A DNA stretch of 64,000 nucleotides from Pristiophorus japonicus. Its lineage: Eukaryota. The notes below the pieces were generated by a model that was not told the origin of the DNA, made no database searches, and worked only from the letters and a program-made list of their open reading frames with translations. Each line of letters starts with the position of its first letter. Position 1 is the first letter of the stretch. The position numbers and the translations under genes were made by a program. Below, in pieces: positions 36,556 to 51,100 of the stretch. The DNA is taken from assembly GCF_044704955.1 (NCBI RefSeq), contig NC_091997.1, forward strand, positions 85,746,001 through 85,810,000. Direction: 5' to 3'.

Positions 36556-38029
36556 CACTGTTTAAAAATTATAACTAAATGACGAGCTGTGTCATCTGTC
36601 CAGCAGGAATTTTATGGCTAACTAATTGAATGAATGAACTGATCTCAGTGAGGACACTGCATTTAGACTCAAGGGGAAGTGGGAGAAGGGAGGGGGAGTG
36701 GGGAGAGTGGGAGTGAGGAGGGTTTGAGGGGATTGGGAGGGATGTGTGAGTGGGCAGTGGGGAGTGGGAGGGAAGGGGGAGTGGGAGGGAGAGTGGGGAG
36801 TGAAGAGGGTGTGAGGGAAGGGGCAATGGAGAGTGGTAGGCTAGGGGGAGTGGGAGGGTGGAGTGGGGGGAGTGGGAGTGAGGAGGGTGTGGGGGGAGTG
36901 GGTTGGAGGGGGAGTGGAAGCAAATTTATGAGGACGCTGAGAGAAGTTCATGATTGTGTAAGAGAAAGTTTGGTATAAATTGTCAGCCCCCAGCAGATCA
37001 CTAAAGAGTATTTTTAAAAGCATAAAACATTTCAATGTTGAACAATACATGTCTATCAGTAAGACAAAACGACTTTCACGCGAGAGTCACCAATCCCACA
37101 CTCCTTGAGGGCAGCCATGCTCAAACGGGTCAGGGGTTAACTCTGTGACCCTCTGCTCCATTGTGTCTCCTTGAAGCAGAGCTCACTCTGACGGCAGGTT
37201 GGGGGGAGGGGGTGGGAGGGGACAGAGTCAGTGAATTAACCCTCATAACCCTGGCATTTGCCTCATTGTCCAGCCCTTGGCTTCAGCACGATCTCTGAAA
37301 CAATGGGTGCCATTTGCAATATGAGCACCACACGCAAGGACTGGTGTGTAGCAAATCCAAACGAACTCAGTACGGAAATGGAAGGAAGCGTGTGATGATT
37401 GGAAATTTTAATTGATGGGAGCAAGTCTAAAAGGCTCAGCTATTTACAGCTTGTTAGTAGAAGCGGGTGTGAGCAGAAATGCCAACCGCACTGTCGCATA
37501 AATCAAACAATGAACTCTTAAAAATCATGAGGTTTGCTCTACAAATCATGAGTTGCTATTTTTTTCCCTGACCCCTTGCTTACCTTTGATCCTGGACAGG
37601 AAGCGCAGTCCGCGACCTTTGCTCCCAGACAGGAAGCGCATTCGGCCGTCACTAACCGATTACTGACATAAGAAATAGGAGCAGGAGTGGGTGGATTGAT
37701 GGCCCCGCTGTCGGGTCACTCACGGGCCAGTCTCGCTCTCCTTATCACCGTTACTCCTCCCGCAGCAAAATTTTTACTTCAGGCACCAGGAGGTGATTTC
37801 TGTTCCCACTGCAAATCCGAATAGTTGGCTGAAGAAGATTAAAAACAATCTCCCACCCATTGGATACCTGAAGTCCACCCAACTCAAATTCATGAGCGAG
37901 CATCAAAAGGGCCTCTAGAACTCCCACCGGGATTGGTTGGGAACCATATTTCAAATCTGCAGGGCTATGGGAACAAATTGGATAGCTCTTTCAACCCACG
38001 GGCACAAGCACGATGGGCTGAATGGACTC

Positions 38030-38360
38030 TTTCACTGTCTGAGGTGCCGTCTTTCGGATGAGACGTGAAACTGAGGCCCTCTCAGGTGGACGCGAAAGAT
38101 CCCACTGCACTATTTCAAAGAAGAGCAGGGGAGTTCTCCCGATGTCCTAGCCAACACTTATTTCAATCAAAATAACTAAAGACAGAGGATCTGGTCATTA
38201 TCACATTGCTGTTTGTCAGACCTTGCTGCATGCAAATTGGCTTTCGTGTTCCGTACATTACAACAGTGACTACACTTAGAAAAGGTACTTCGTTGGCTGC
38301 AGAGCGGTTTGAGATGCCCTGAGGTCGGGCAAGGCGAGCTATAAATACAAGTCTGTCTGT
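38030..38360 (+). mobile_element. HE1-like SINE body and tail
   Basis: gaggtgccgtctttcggatgagacg...cattatcacattgctgtttg...ctataaatacaagtct; related fragment at ~35865-36030. Confidence 0.6.
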
Positions 38361-38666
38361 CTTTCTTTCTAGCTTTTTTCTTTTCTGTCTTCATCCTACT
38401 TCGTAGACCATGTACAAGTTGCTCTATCTTAGAAATCCCCTATTTCAATCTCTCAACCATTGGTGGCCGTGCCTTCAACTGCCAAGGCACTAAGCTCTGG
38501 AGTTCTCTCCTGTGGTCGGGATTACACCACAGGAAAACTTTCTGTCTATTATTGCTCGCTGACCCCCAAAGTAACCAAGGAACACACTTTGTTCCTGACC
38601 AATTACATTCTGTTTCAAAACTGAAAATGCTGGAAATCTCAGCGGGTCAGAGAGAAACAGAGTGCA

Positions 38667-38904
38667 GTGGGACCGAGAGTGGTGGCCGTGGGACCGAGAG
38701 CTGTGGCCATGGGACCGAGAGAGGTGGCCGTGGGACCGAGAGCGGTGGCCATGGGACCGAGAGAGGTGGCCATGGGACCGAGAGTGGTGGCCGTGGGACC
38801 GAGAGAGGTGGCCGTGGGACCGAGAGCGGTGGCCATGGGACCGAGAGAGGTGGCCGTGGGACCGAGAGTGGTGGCAGTGGGACCGAGAGTGGTGGCCGTG
38901 GGAC
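38667..38904. repeat. 21-bp minisatellite (GTGGGACCGAGAGTGGTGGCC variants, ~11 units)
   Basis: Direct tandem repeats without spacers. Confidence 0.95.
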
Positions 38905-38919
38905 TAAATTGCAAGCAGT

Positions 38920-39399
38920 ACAGGTAAATCGCTGTTTCACCTGGAAGGATTATTTGGGGCCTGGACTATGGGAAGGGAGGAGGTAAAAGGGCAGGTATTG
39001 CATCTCCTGCGCTTGCAGGGGAAGATGTTGTGGGAATGGGCGGGATGCTGGGGGTGATTGAGGAGTGGACCAGTATGTCCTGGAGGGAGCAGTCCCTTCG
39101 GAATGCTGAGAGGGGAGGGGAGGGGAAGATGTGATTGGTGGTGGGATCACGCTGGAGGTGGTGGAGGATGATCCATTAAACATGGAGGCTCGTGGGGTGA
39201 AAGGTGAGGACAAGGGGAAACCTGTCATGGTTCTGAGAGGGAGGGGAAGGGGTGAGGGCAGAAGAGCGAGAAATAGAACGGACACGGTTGAGAGCCATGG
39301 TAACCACAGTGGAGGGGAATCTTCTGTTGAGGAAAAAGGAAGACATGTCAGAGGCACTAGTGTCAAAGGTGGCGTCTTCAGAACAGATGTGACGGAAAG
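38920..39399 (-). mobile_element. Penelope-like element fragment
   Basis: Minus strand reads FPCKRRRCNTCPF, the Cys motif between RT and GIY-YIG domains of vertebrate Penelope elements. Confidence 0.6.
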
Positions 39400-42300
39400 T
39401 AATACGACCTTTCTATACAGTTTAAATGCACACGAGGCCCATGCTTGAGAGAAGGTCACTCTGTGACCAGTAACCTTTATTCACGAGCACTCAAGTGATG
39501 AAGGTGGGTGGAGCTTCCCCTTTTATACCTGAAAGTCCAAGTGAGGAGTGTCTCTCACAAGTTCACCACCTAGTGGTCATTGCTCTCACAGTGTACAACT
39601 AAGGTCAGTTTATACATGGGTTACAATGATGGTTGAATACATAACATCACCTCCCCCCCGAAAGTCTTATTGGGATCACAGGTTGAGTCTCTCTGGTGGT
39701 TTACGCTCCCTTGTAGAGCCCCTGAGTTGGGGCTCTGGTTGTTGGGCGCTGGCCTGAGTGTCAGCTGTTTGCGGTGCCTCAGGCCTGTCCGGACTGCCCA
39801 CAGTGACTGGGCTCTCCTCCACTTGGTTCCGGTGTTCGGTCACCTGTGGTGGAGTGAACTCGACATCGTGTTCTTCCTCTGCTTCTTCGATGGGGTTGCT
39901 GAACCTCCTTTTTGTTTGATCTACATGTTTGCGGCAGATTTATCCATTGGTAAGTTTAACTATCAGAATCCTATTCCCCTCTTTGGCAATCACAGTGCCT
40001 GTGAGCCATTTGGGCCCTGCAGCGTAGTTGAGGACAAAGACAGGGTCATTGACATCGATACCTCGCACCCTCGCATTCCTGTCATGGTAGTCACATTGTG
40101 ACTGACGCCTGCTCTCGACAATTTCTTTCATGGTGGGATGTATAAGAGATAACCTGGTTTTGAGCGTCCTTTTCATTAGCAGCTCTGCGGGTGGAACCCC
40201 TGTGGTCGGGATCTGTAGGCAAACAGGAGGCGTGATAAGCGGCTTTGTAGGGAACCCCCTTGGATTCTGAGCATTCCCTGTTTGATTATCTGCACTGCTC
40301 ATTACGCCTGCCCATTAGAGGCCGGCTTGAACGGTGCCGTTCTGACATGGTTAATTCCATTGCCTGCCATGAAGTCCTGGAATTCAGTGCTTGTGGTCAT
40401 GGTCACTGACCAAGACATCCGGTAGACCATGGGCGGCGAACATTGCCCGTAGACTTTCTACCGTGGCAGAGGATGTGCTTGAATTTAAAATGTCACACTC
40501 GATCCATTTGGAGTAGGCGCCTACTACAACCAAAAACATTTTTCCGATGAAAGGAACTGCATAGTCCACATGGATGTGTGACCATGGCTTGGTGGCCCAG
40601 GACCAGGGGCTAAGGACGGCTTCCCAGGCCCCTTTCCCAGCTGGGCACACATATTGTACCTGCGAACACAAAGTTCCAGGTCTGCATCTATCCCTGGCCA
40701 CCAAACGTGTGACCTGGCAATTGCCTTCATCATGACAATGCCCGGGTGCTCGTTGTGGAGTTCTCTGATGAACATCTCTCTGCCCATCTGGGGCATGACT
40801 ACTCGGTTTCCCCACAGTAGACAATCGGCCTGAATCGAGAGTTCATCCCTGCACCTGTGAAATGGTTTAAATTCCTCAGGGCATGCCCCGTACGTGGCTG
40901 CCCAGTCCCCATTCAGGACACATTTCTTGACTAAAGACAGTAGCGGGTCTCTATTTGTCCAGACCTTAATCTGACGGGCTGTCACAGGTGAGCCTTCGCT
41001 TTCGAAAGCTTCAACAGCCATGATCATCTCAGCAGCCTGCTCGGTAGCCCCCTCAGTGGTGGCTAGTGGGAGCCCGCTGAGTGCATCGGTGCAGTTTTCA
41101 GTGCCCGGTCTGTGCCGAATTGTATAGTCATAGGCGGCTAACGTGAGTGCCCACCTCTGTATGCGGGCCGATGCGTTTGCATTTATGGCCTTGTTGTCGG
41201 CCAAAAGGGACCTTAGGGGTTTGTGATCTGTCTCCAGCTCAAATTCCCTGCCAAACAAGTACTGGTGCATTTTCTTTACTGTGTATACACATGCAAGCGC
41301 CTCCTTTTCTACCATCCCGTAGCCCCTTTCTGCCTGGGACAGACTTCTGGAGGCATAAGCTACTGGCTGTAACTGACCCTTGGCATTAACATGCTGCAAC
41401 ACACACCCGACACCATAGGACGACGCATCGCATGTTAAAATAAGTTTCTTACATGAGTAATATAGCGTTAACAGATTGTTGGAGCATAACAAATTGCGTG
41501 CTCTATCAAAAGCCCTTTCCTGGCGGTCCCCCCAGACCCATTCGCGACCTTTGCGTACGAGCACGTGTATTGGCTCTAACAGCGTGCTCAATTTGGGAAG
41601 AAAGTTACCAAAATAGTTCAGGAGCCCCAGGAACGAACGCAGCTCCGTCTTGTTACGGGATCTGGGTGCTCTCTGGATCGCTTCCGTCTTGGACGCAGTA
41701 GGTCTGATCCCGTCTGATGCTACCCTCATCCCCAGGAATTCTACCTCTGGAGCTAGGAAGACGCACTTCGCCTTTTTCAGTCGCAGCCCTACCCGGTCCA
41801 GTCTGCATAGCACCTCCTCCAGGTTGCGGAGGTGTTCTTCAGTATCGCGACCCATGATGAGGATGTCGTCTTGAAAAACCACGGTCCCTGGAATCGACTT
41901 GAGGAGGCTTTCCATATTTCGTTGAAAGATCGCGGCGGCCGAACAAATCCCGAACGGACATCTGTTATACTTAAACAACCCCTTGTGTGTCGTGATGGTG
42001 GTCAGCTTCTTCGACTTACTCGCCAGCTCCTGGGTCATGTAAGCTGAGGTCAGGTCCAATTTTGAAAAAAGTTTGCCACCAGATAGCGTCGCAAAGAGGT
42101 CTTCCGCTCTCAGTAGCGGCTACTGGTCTTGGATTGACACCCGATTGATGGTGGCCTTGTAATCACCACATATCCTGACCGACCCATCCGCCTTGAGCAC
42201 TAGCACAATCGGGCTCGCCCAGTCACTGAATTCGACTGGCGAGATGATGCCTTCCCTCAGCAGGCGGTCCAATTCGCCTTCTATCTTTTCCCGCATCAAG

Positions 42301-44134
42301 TACGGCACCGCTCTGGCCTTGTGGTGTACTGGCCTGGCGTCCGGGTTTATATGAATCACTACCTTGGTCCCCATGAAAGTGCCAATGCCGGGTTGAAATA
42401 ATGAGTCAAATTTGTCCAGGACCTGTGAGCATGATACTCACTCCACAGAAGAAATTGCATTGACATCCCCCATTTCCAGTTATTGACAGCAAGCTAACTC
42501 CTCCCAAGTAGTGCGGGACCGTCCATCGGGACAATCCAGAGTGGCAACCTGTTCTCCAAATCTTTGTGGGTCACAACTACCGTGGCACTGCCTAGCACCG
42601 GAATGATCTCCTTTGTGTATGTCCGTAGCTGTGCGTCAATCGGCGATAATTTTGGCCTCCTAGCCTTGGACGCCCACAACTTTTTGAACTGTTTGATACT
42701 CATCAGGGACTAGCTGGCCCCCGTGTCTAGCTCCATTGATACTGCGATGCCATTGAGGAGCACTTTCATCATTATCGGTGGCATCCTGGTGTATGAACTG
42801 TATTTGTGCTCCACATGAACTCGCTGAACTTCAGCTTCCAGCGATTTCCCCCAGTGTTCATTTGGCCTCGTAGGGCTTACATCGGGCCCATCCTTCTCGT
42901 ACATCACCCTGGCTGCAGGCTTCCTGCACATACGGGCCAAGTGACCGCTGACGTTGCAATTTCTGCAGGTATATTGCTGATACCTGCAAACTCAAGCTGG
43001 GTGTGTGCCTCCACACCTCCAACATGAGCCGTTGTTAGAAACAAAAGGTCCATTACCAGTCCATCGTCTCTGACTGTGTCTGTAACTGTCCTTAAGCACA
43101 CCATTAACAGATGTTGATGGCCCCATTACTGGCCTCATTGTCCCTTGTGATGGCGTGAATCGCCGTTCAGCTAGCCATTGTCTCTGATAAATTCTGATAA
43201 ACAGGTTTCGACTACATGTTGGGGCATGTCTGATTGCCCTTGTCTGCCTGGAGAACTGTGTGCTGCGTTAACAATGTTAACTCCCTGTCCATTTGCTGCA
43301 TTTGAGCCCAGATTTTTGTCAAACATCATTCTGGTCTCTTCCTCCCCTGAGATAAAAGTCTGGGCCATCAAGGCCGCCGTTTCCAGGGTCAAGTCTTTGG
43401 TTTCAATCAGTTTCCTGAAAACCCCAGCGTGCCCGATGCACTCAATAAAAAAGTCTCGCAGCATCTCCGCTCTGCATGTATCAGGGAACTTACATCGGCT
43501 CGCCAGTCGCCGGAGATCTGCCACAAAGTCTGGAACGCTTTGCCCTTCTCGCCGCCGGTGCGTGTAAAACCGGTGTCTCGCCATGTGCATGCTGCTCGCC
43601 AGTTGAAGGTGTTCCCCGATTAACTTACTGAGCTCTTCAAACGTTTTGTCCGCCGGCTTCTCTGGCGCTAGAAGATCCTTCATCAGGCAATACGTCCTGG
43701 ATCCACAAACCGTCAGGAGTTGAGCCCTGCGTTTGTCGGCCGACTCCTGTCCCAACCATTCCTTAGTGACGAAACTTTGCTGTAGTCTCTCAATAAAATC
43801 GTCCCAATCATCACCAACACATTACCTCTTGTCTGTGCTGCTAGTGGCCATGCTCACGTGGTTTAAATCCCAGTTTCCCGTCGCCAATGATACGTCCTTA
43901 CTATACAGTATAAATGCAGACGAGGCCCATGCTTGAGAGAAGGTCACTCTGTGACCAGTAACCTTTATTCACTAGCACTCAAGTGATGAAGGTGGGCGGA
44001 GCATCCCCTTTTATACCTGAAAGTCCAGGTTAGGAGTGTCTCCCACAAGTTCACCACCTAGTGGTCATTGTTCTCACAGTGTACAACTTAGGTCAGTTTA
44101 TACATGGATTACAATGATGGTTGAATATGTGACA
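39400..44134 (-). mobile_element. Decayed Gypsy family 1, duplicate of 7209-11907
   Basis: LTRs 39400-39646 and 43888-44134; TSD GAAAG/GAAAC; 511-aa RT-RNase H ORF 40524-42059. Confidence 0.95.
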
Positions 44135-45910
44135 GAAACGAAGAAACTGGGAGAATGGAATGGAGCCTTTACAGGATGTGGGGTGGGAGGAGGTGTAGTC
44201 CAGGTAGCTGTGGGAGTCAGTGGGCTTATTGTGAATGTTTGTCAATAGCCTATCTCCAGAAATGGAGACAGAGAAGTCAAGGAGGGTAAGGGAAGAGTCG
44301 GAGATGGACCATGTGAAGGTGAAGGATGGGTAAAAATTGGATGCAAAGTAAATGACATTTTCTAGTTCAGGGAGAGAACAAGAAACAGCACCGGTACAGT
44401 CATCAATGTACCGGAAACAATGGTGAGGGAGGGGACCCGAGTACCCACAAAAAGGAGTATTTTGTTTGCATGGTTTCAGAAACTAGAGCTTTCACTTATC
44501 TTACAGAACAAATGCTTCATGTGTGGTGAGAGGCTGAGTGTAATTTTAGGCTAACTCGCCGGGGGCGGGGGAGCAGGGGGGGCTGGGGGGGCTCCTATGG
44601 TGTAATGCCATATTTACACCCTGCCCAAGATTACTCTCCACAGATTTCAATGGAGGGTAAAATTGGGTGAGTTGTAAAACCATTGTAGCGCTCGATCCCA
44701 TCACTTTCCCGGTGGGTGGGTTAATGGAAAGCCTCCTTCTATGTTTCAGAAAGTGTTTCACTATTTTTCCTGCACTGGGTGTTGATCTAAGTGGCCAGTG
44801 GAAAATGAAAAGGTTCACTAGGTTGATTCCGGAGATGAGGGGGTTCACTTATGAAGATAGGTTGAGCAGGTTGGACCTATACTCACTGGAGTTCAGAAGA
44901 ATGAGAGGTGATCTTATTGAAACTTATAAGATAATGAGGGGGCTCGACAAGGTGGATGCAGAGAGGATATTTCCACTCATAGGGGAAACTAAAACTAGGG
45001 AACATAGTCTTAGAATAAGCGGCCACCCATTTAAAACTGAGATGAGGGTTGTAAATCTAAGTAATTCTCTGCTCCAGACAGCTGTGGAGGCTAGGTCATT
45101 GAATATATTTAAGGCGCAGATAGACAGATTTTTGAGCGATAAGGGAGTAAAGGGTTTTGGGGAACGGGCAGGGAAGTGGAGCTGAGTCCATGATCAGATC
45201 AGCCATGATCTTATTAAATGGCGGAGCAGGCTCGAGGGGCCAAATGGCCGACTCCTGCTTCTATTTCTTATGTTCTTATGACACGACTGCCAAGTGTGTA
45301 CTCACTATCACTGTGCTGCACAGAGGCATGCTCATAGAGTACACATTGTATTTCAGAGCCTCTCACTTCCCCAGTCCCTTCTGTGACTGGAGAGTTGAAC
45401 GAACAGCCCAACCACTGTCCCCAGGCTCATTAATACAACATCAGTGCACACATATCATCTGAGTCATCCATAAGTCTACTGCCCATTTCCTAACTTGCAC
45501 CACGTCCCGTTCACCCATCAACCTGACCTACATTGGCTCCCGGTTAAGCAAAGCCTCGATTAAAAAATTCTCATCCTTGTTTTCAAATCCCTCAATGGCC
45601 TCGCCCCCTCCCTATCTCTGTAATCTCCTCCAGCCCCACAACCCCCAAAATATCTGCGGTCCTCTAATTCTAGCCTCTTGAGCATTCCCGACTTCAATCG
45701 CTCAGCTGCCAAGACCCAAAACTCTGGAATTCTCTCCATCAACCTCTCCGCCTCTCTAGCTCTCTTTCCTGCTTCAAGATGCTCCTCAAAACCTATCTCT
45801 TTCACCAAGCTTTTGGTCATCTGCCCTAATTTCTCCTTATGTGGCCTGGTGTCAAATGTTGTTTGTAACACTCCTGTGAAGCGCCTTCTGACGTTTTTCT
45901 ACATGAAAGG

Positions 45911-47992
45911 TGTTGTGTATCTGTAAAGCATGCACTCCCATGTTCCACCATCCCAGCATCCCTTGGGAACACTCTATATAAGCCGGCCCCTAAGGCTTGT
46001 TCCTCACTCTGGAGTGTCTGATTAAAGACTGAGGTCACTGTTACTTTAACCTCCCAGTGTGCAGCCTCATAATAGGAACATAATAACTGGTGACGAGAAT
46101 ACGAATCCAACGCAAAGATGCAACAAACTGTGGGCATCCTGGAGAAGTTCTCGGAGGGTGAGGACTGGGAAGCCTATGTCGAATGGCTAGACCAGTACTT
46201 TGTAGCCAACGAGCTGGACGGAGAAGGAAGCGCTGCAAAAAGGAGAGCGGTCCTCCTCATGGTCTGCGGGGCACCGACCTACAGCCTCATGAGGAATCTT
46301 CTGGCTCTGGTGAAACCCACAGATAAGTCGTATGAGGAGCTGTGTACACTGGTTTGGGAGCATCTTAACCTGAGCGAGAGCGTGCTGATGGCGAGGTATC
46401 GGTTCTATACGTGCCAGTGATCTGAAGGTCAGGAAGTGGCGAGCTACGTCGCCAAGCTAAGGCGACTTGCAGGACAATGTGAGTTTGATGGCTACCTGGA
46501 GCAAATGCTCAGAGACCTTTTTGTACTGGGCATTGGCCACGAGACCATCCTATGAAAACTTTTGACTTAGAGACACCGACCCTCAGTAAGGCCATTGCGA
46601 TAGCACAGATGTTTATGTCCACCAGTGATAACACCAAACAAATCTCTCAGCACACAAGTGCTAGCAATGTTCATAAATTAACTGCAACTGTGTTTGCGAG
46701 CAGAAATGTACAGGGCAGAACCCACGAATCTGCAACTGCCAGCAGGCCTCAGGTGACCCAGATGACTCAGAGTCCCCAAAAAAGGATGAATGCAAGGCAA
46801 TTCACACCTTGTTGGCGTTGTGGAGGCTTCCATTCAGCCTATTCATGCCACTTCAAAGGGTATGTTTGCAAGAGCTATGGAACAATGGGGCACCTCCAAT
46901 GAGCTTGCAAGCTCTGCAAAACCTGCTAACCACCACGTGGCAGAGGAAGATCAGTCCATGGTGGGTCAAAGCAATTTCGAGCCTCAGAGAGAGGAGGTAG
47001 ATGCTGAAGTACATGGGGTGCACACATTTTCAACAAAATGTCCACCTATAATGCTAAACGTAAAATTGAATGCCTTACCCGTAGCCATAGAACTGGACAG
47101 TGGTGCTAGCCAATCTATCGTGAGCAAAAAGATGTTTGAGAGACTGTGGCGCAACAAAGCATTCAGACCAGCCCTGAGCCCCATCCACATGAAACTGAGA
47201 ACGTACACCAAAGAGCTTATCACTGTCCTGGGCAGCGCCATGGTCAAGGTCACCTACGAGGGCACGGTGCACGAACTGCCACTCTGGATTGTCCCGGGCG
47301 ATGGCCCCACACTGCTTGGAAGGAGCTAGCTGGGCAAAATCCGCTGGAACTGGAATGATATCCGAGCGCTATCACATGTCAATGAGGCCTCATGTACCCA
47401 GGTTCTTAACAAATTTCCTTCCCTTTTTCAGCCAGGCATTGGAAACTTTTCCGGGGCGAAGGTGCGGATCGATTTGGTCCCAGAGGCAGGACCCATTCAC
47501 CACAAGGCGCGAGCGGTACCTCACATGATGAGAGAGAGAGTGGAAATCGAGCTGGACAGGCTGCAACGCGAGGGCATCATCTCCCCAGTGGAATTCAGCG
47601 AGTGGGCCAGCCCGATTGTTCCAGTACTCAAAAGTGATGGCACGGTCAGGATTTGCGCCAGCCCAGCGAGGGCACAGCCAACACACCAGAACAGACATTT
47701 GTACCAAGGCGGTCCACCAAGGAAAGAAAGGCTCCCAACCGCCTCACCTAGTAAATAGTTTTCACTTTGACTTTGGGTGGGGAGTGATGTTGTGTATCTG
47801 TAAAACATGCACTCCCATGTTCCACCACCACGGAGCTCATCCCCTGAAGTCCCAAGGGATCCCAGCATCCCTTGGGAGCACTGTCTATAAGCCGGCCCCG
47901 AAGGCCTGTTCCTCACTCTGGAGTGTCTGATTAAAGACTGAGATCACTTTAACCTCCCTGTGTGCAGCCTCATCTGTGTTAGGAACACAATA
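45911..47992 (+). mobile_element. Gypsy family 2 duplicate with internal pol deletion
   Basis: TSD AAAGG; 3' LTR 47788-47992 preceded by PPT; RT start (GTVRIC) is joined to the element's 3' end near 47655. Confidence 0.93.
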
Positions 47993-48145
47993 AAAGGTGT
48001 TATATAAATACAAGTCGTTTTTACTGTGGTTGAGTTGTTAAAAGAGGAAGAGGATTTCCTCTTTCATCACTTCTCTGTTTCTCTCACTGACCAGAATGTG
48101 ATGGTGAAAGAGGCACCCAGCTTCTGAACCAGCTAGGAATGTGAA

Positions 48146-51100
48146 ATGGCGCTTGGTGCTCTGTTTGTGGGTCTTTTCCTTCTGTTCCAACATGTTGTAG
48201 GTAAGGATCCATACTTTCAACTAATCTTCAACATGTTTATCTGGAAATATCAGTTTCTATCTGTACCTGAACGCAGAAATATAAGGATTGAAGGATATCG
48301 ATTGCCATCAGTGCTGCTTTCACGCGGATGTTTAATGTACTCATATGACAGTTGTTGCTGGGTCATTTTAACACGGTTTAATCATGGGTGGTCAGTTTAA
48401 AATTGGCACTAAGAGAGTGAGGAGACAGATTAGGAGAACATTTTTTACACAGAGGTTTGTTTTGCCACAGGGAGTGGTTGACGCAGAGACATTTTCATCT
48501 TTTGAAGGAAAACTGGAAAACATTTGAAGCAGAGGAAGATTTGGGGCTGTGGGGAGAGCGAGGCAATGGGTTTGCTCTGGCAAAGAGCCAGCACTGGCAC
48601 GATGGGCCCAATTGCCTCCTTCTGTGCTGCAAACGTCTTTGGTTCAACTCCTGTCTTAAAACAGTGCAGGGATGAAATACAAGAACAGTGCTGATCCTAT
48701 CCCAATTTCCCTTACAACAGAATCATATCTCACTCTAGGAATGAAATAGTGGAAGATTTAGAAGAGTTAGAAGGATTTGCTGATGGGCTTTAATGGAGAG
48801 AGGGGGTGGGAAGTCCGTGCAGAGCATAAATGCGGCATGGAGCAGTTGGGCCGAATGGCCTGTTTCTGTGCCGAACATTCCATGTAATTCTGTGTAAGAT
48901 TTTATGCTCAGACTCGATCATTGGGAACTCGAAAGTAACAATTATATTTGATGACTCAGCCGAGCCTCACACCATTAAAGGGTGGAGACCACACTAGGCG
49001 GGGCCCACGACACCACTCGGACCAGGGCTCGAAATCAGCACCACTGGCAAAATGGAGCAGCTCAGGGCTTTCTGTACATTACAGACCGTCCATTCCGCGA
49101 TTGTTCTGTAAGGAAATGGAAACCGACACTGTGTAAAGGGGGATTTGTAACCATACTCTGCAATTTGTTTCTAAACAGACTCTGTGTAATATGGGCGGTC
49201 TGCCGACAGATTCTGTTCCTCAAATGATAAGTGACGTCTGCCCCTAACCTCAGTCCAAACACGGCTGAGTTACAACCGAGTCTGACTGGGAGATGTGGTT
49301 TGGTGTTTATTCGAGCTCTGGCGTAATAGTGATCTATAGTACAGACACACCTGGGTCAGTGGGGCCAAGTTTCAGTTGAGTTGCTCCTGTTTTTTTGGAG
49401 CAACTAGTTTAGAATGGAATATCTTAGAAATTTGAATTCTCGGCATTTAGTTTGTTCCAGTTCTAGTCAGTTAGAACAGTTTCACTTTGGAACAGAATTT
49501 TTTTTTCAAAAGGGGGCGTGTCCGGCCATTACGCCTGTTTTTAAAGTTTAGGCAGTGAAAACTCACTCCAAACTAACTTAGAATGGAGTAATTGAAGATT
49601 TTTGTACGTTCGAAAAAACCTTGTCTACACTTTAGAAAATCAGGCGTAGGTTACAAATTCGGCGTAGGGAACGAGGGCGGGGGGGGAGACGGGGGGGGAA
49701 GGGAAGTCATTAAATTCTACAATCAATCCTTCAGCCATGAACTCATTGAATGGCAGTGCAGGCTAGAAGGGCCGAATGGCCTACTCCTGCACCTATTTCC
49801 TATGTTTCTATGTTAGTTATACTTATACAAATATTATACCAATAAATCCAACCTGAATAAAAATTTATAAGCAAAGAAAAGATTAAATAATCCATGTTCC
49901 GACCTGTGTGAAACAGCAGCAACCTTCAGGCAGGCCTTTCATGTTGGAGACAGGCAGGGGTGGTGTCAGTGTCTCGACGGCAGCCCCCACAGCAGCAACA
50001 AGCAGCCTTCGAGCTGAGCTGTGGTGCTTCAGGCAGGCCTACATTCCATTAGTGGCTGGCCGGCAGCCGAAGAATCAACACGCACGCAGCTTTCGAAGGG
50101 GGTTGAGGCCATTCGGCCACACGATAGGGGCGGCGTCAGTGGCTCGACGGCAGCCGAAGATACAGCAGCAGCTTTCGAGCTGTGAGGGGACTGAGGCCAT
50201 TTGGCCAGGGAGAGGCAGCCACATAGACAGTTTTATACTTAAATTTGCAGAATGGGTGCTGCATTGTCAACACCACGTATTATGCAATGGTTTGCCATCA
50301 ATTCACTGCATAGGAGAGAATTGATTAGAGCTCACTGCACCAGGAACATCGTAACCCGTAGGTTGCTGGGCAGGAGATCTTACCCACGTCAACAATATCG
50401 AGCCAGGCGCTCGTACCTGGACATGAGCGAGGCTGATTGTGTGAAAAGGCTGCGTTCACTGAGATCTGTGATATGGTGAGAGCAGATTTGCAGCCCAAAA
50501 GCAGACTGCCAACTGCCCTGTCTGTTGCAGTGAAGGTAACAGCTGCACTTTCTTTCTATGCCTCGGGATCGTTTCAGGCTACAACTGGAGATGTGTGTGC
50601 CATCTCTCAACGTGCAATACATGCCTGCATTTACCAGGTCACGGCTGCACTGTATGCGCGGAGGAATGACCATCAATTTCCCAATGACCGCACAAGCGAT
50701 CCATGAGAGGGCTGTGGGCTTCTTCAGGATTGCTGGCTTCCCAAAGGTACAGGGCTGCATTGATTGTACCCACATAGCCTTGCGAGCACCTGTGGAGGAT
50801 TCTGAGCAGTACCGAAATAGGAAAGGTTTCCACTCTATCAATGTGCAGCTCGTGTGTGACGACAAGCAGCGCATCATGTCAGTCGATGCGAGATACCCTG
50901 GCAGCACCCACGATGCGTTCATCCTACGCGACAGCGTTCTATCTGACATGTTTGAGCAGCAGCCAGAAGGGCAGAGCTGGCTACTGGGAGACAAAGGGTA
51001 CGGCCTGACCATCTGGCTCATGACACCCCTACGCATGATACGGACAGAAGCTGACCGTCAATACAACATGGCGCACATTGCGACACGCATCATCATTGAG

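Noticed and set aside
38667-38904. CRISPR-like array or repeat-protein ORFs
   Set aside because: Head-to-tail 21-bp units with no unique spacers, eukaryotic context, no cas genes; ORFs in all frames are a minisatellite artefact
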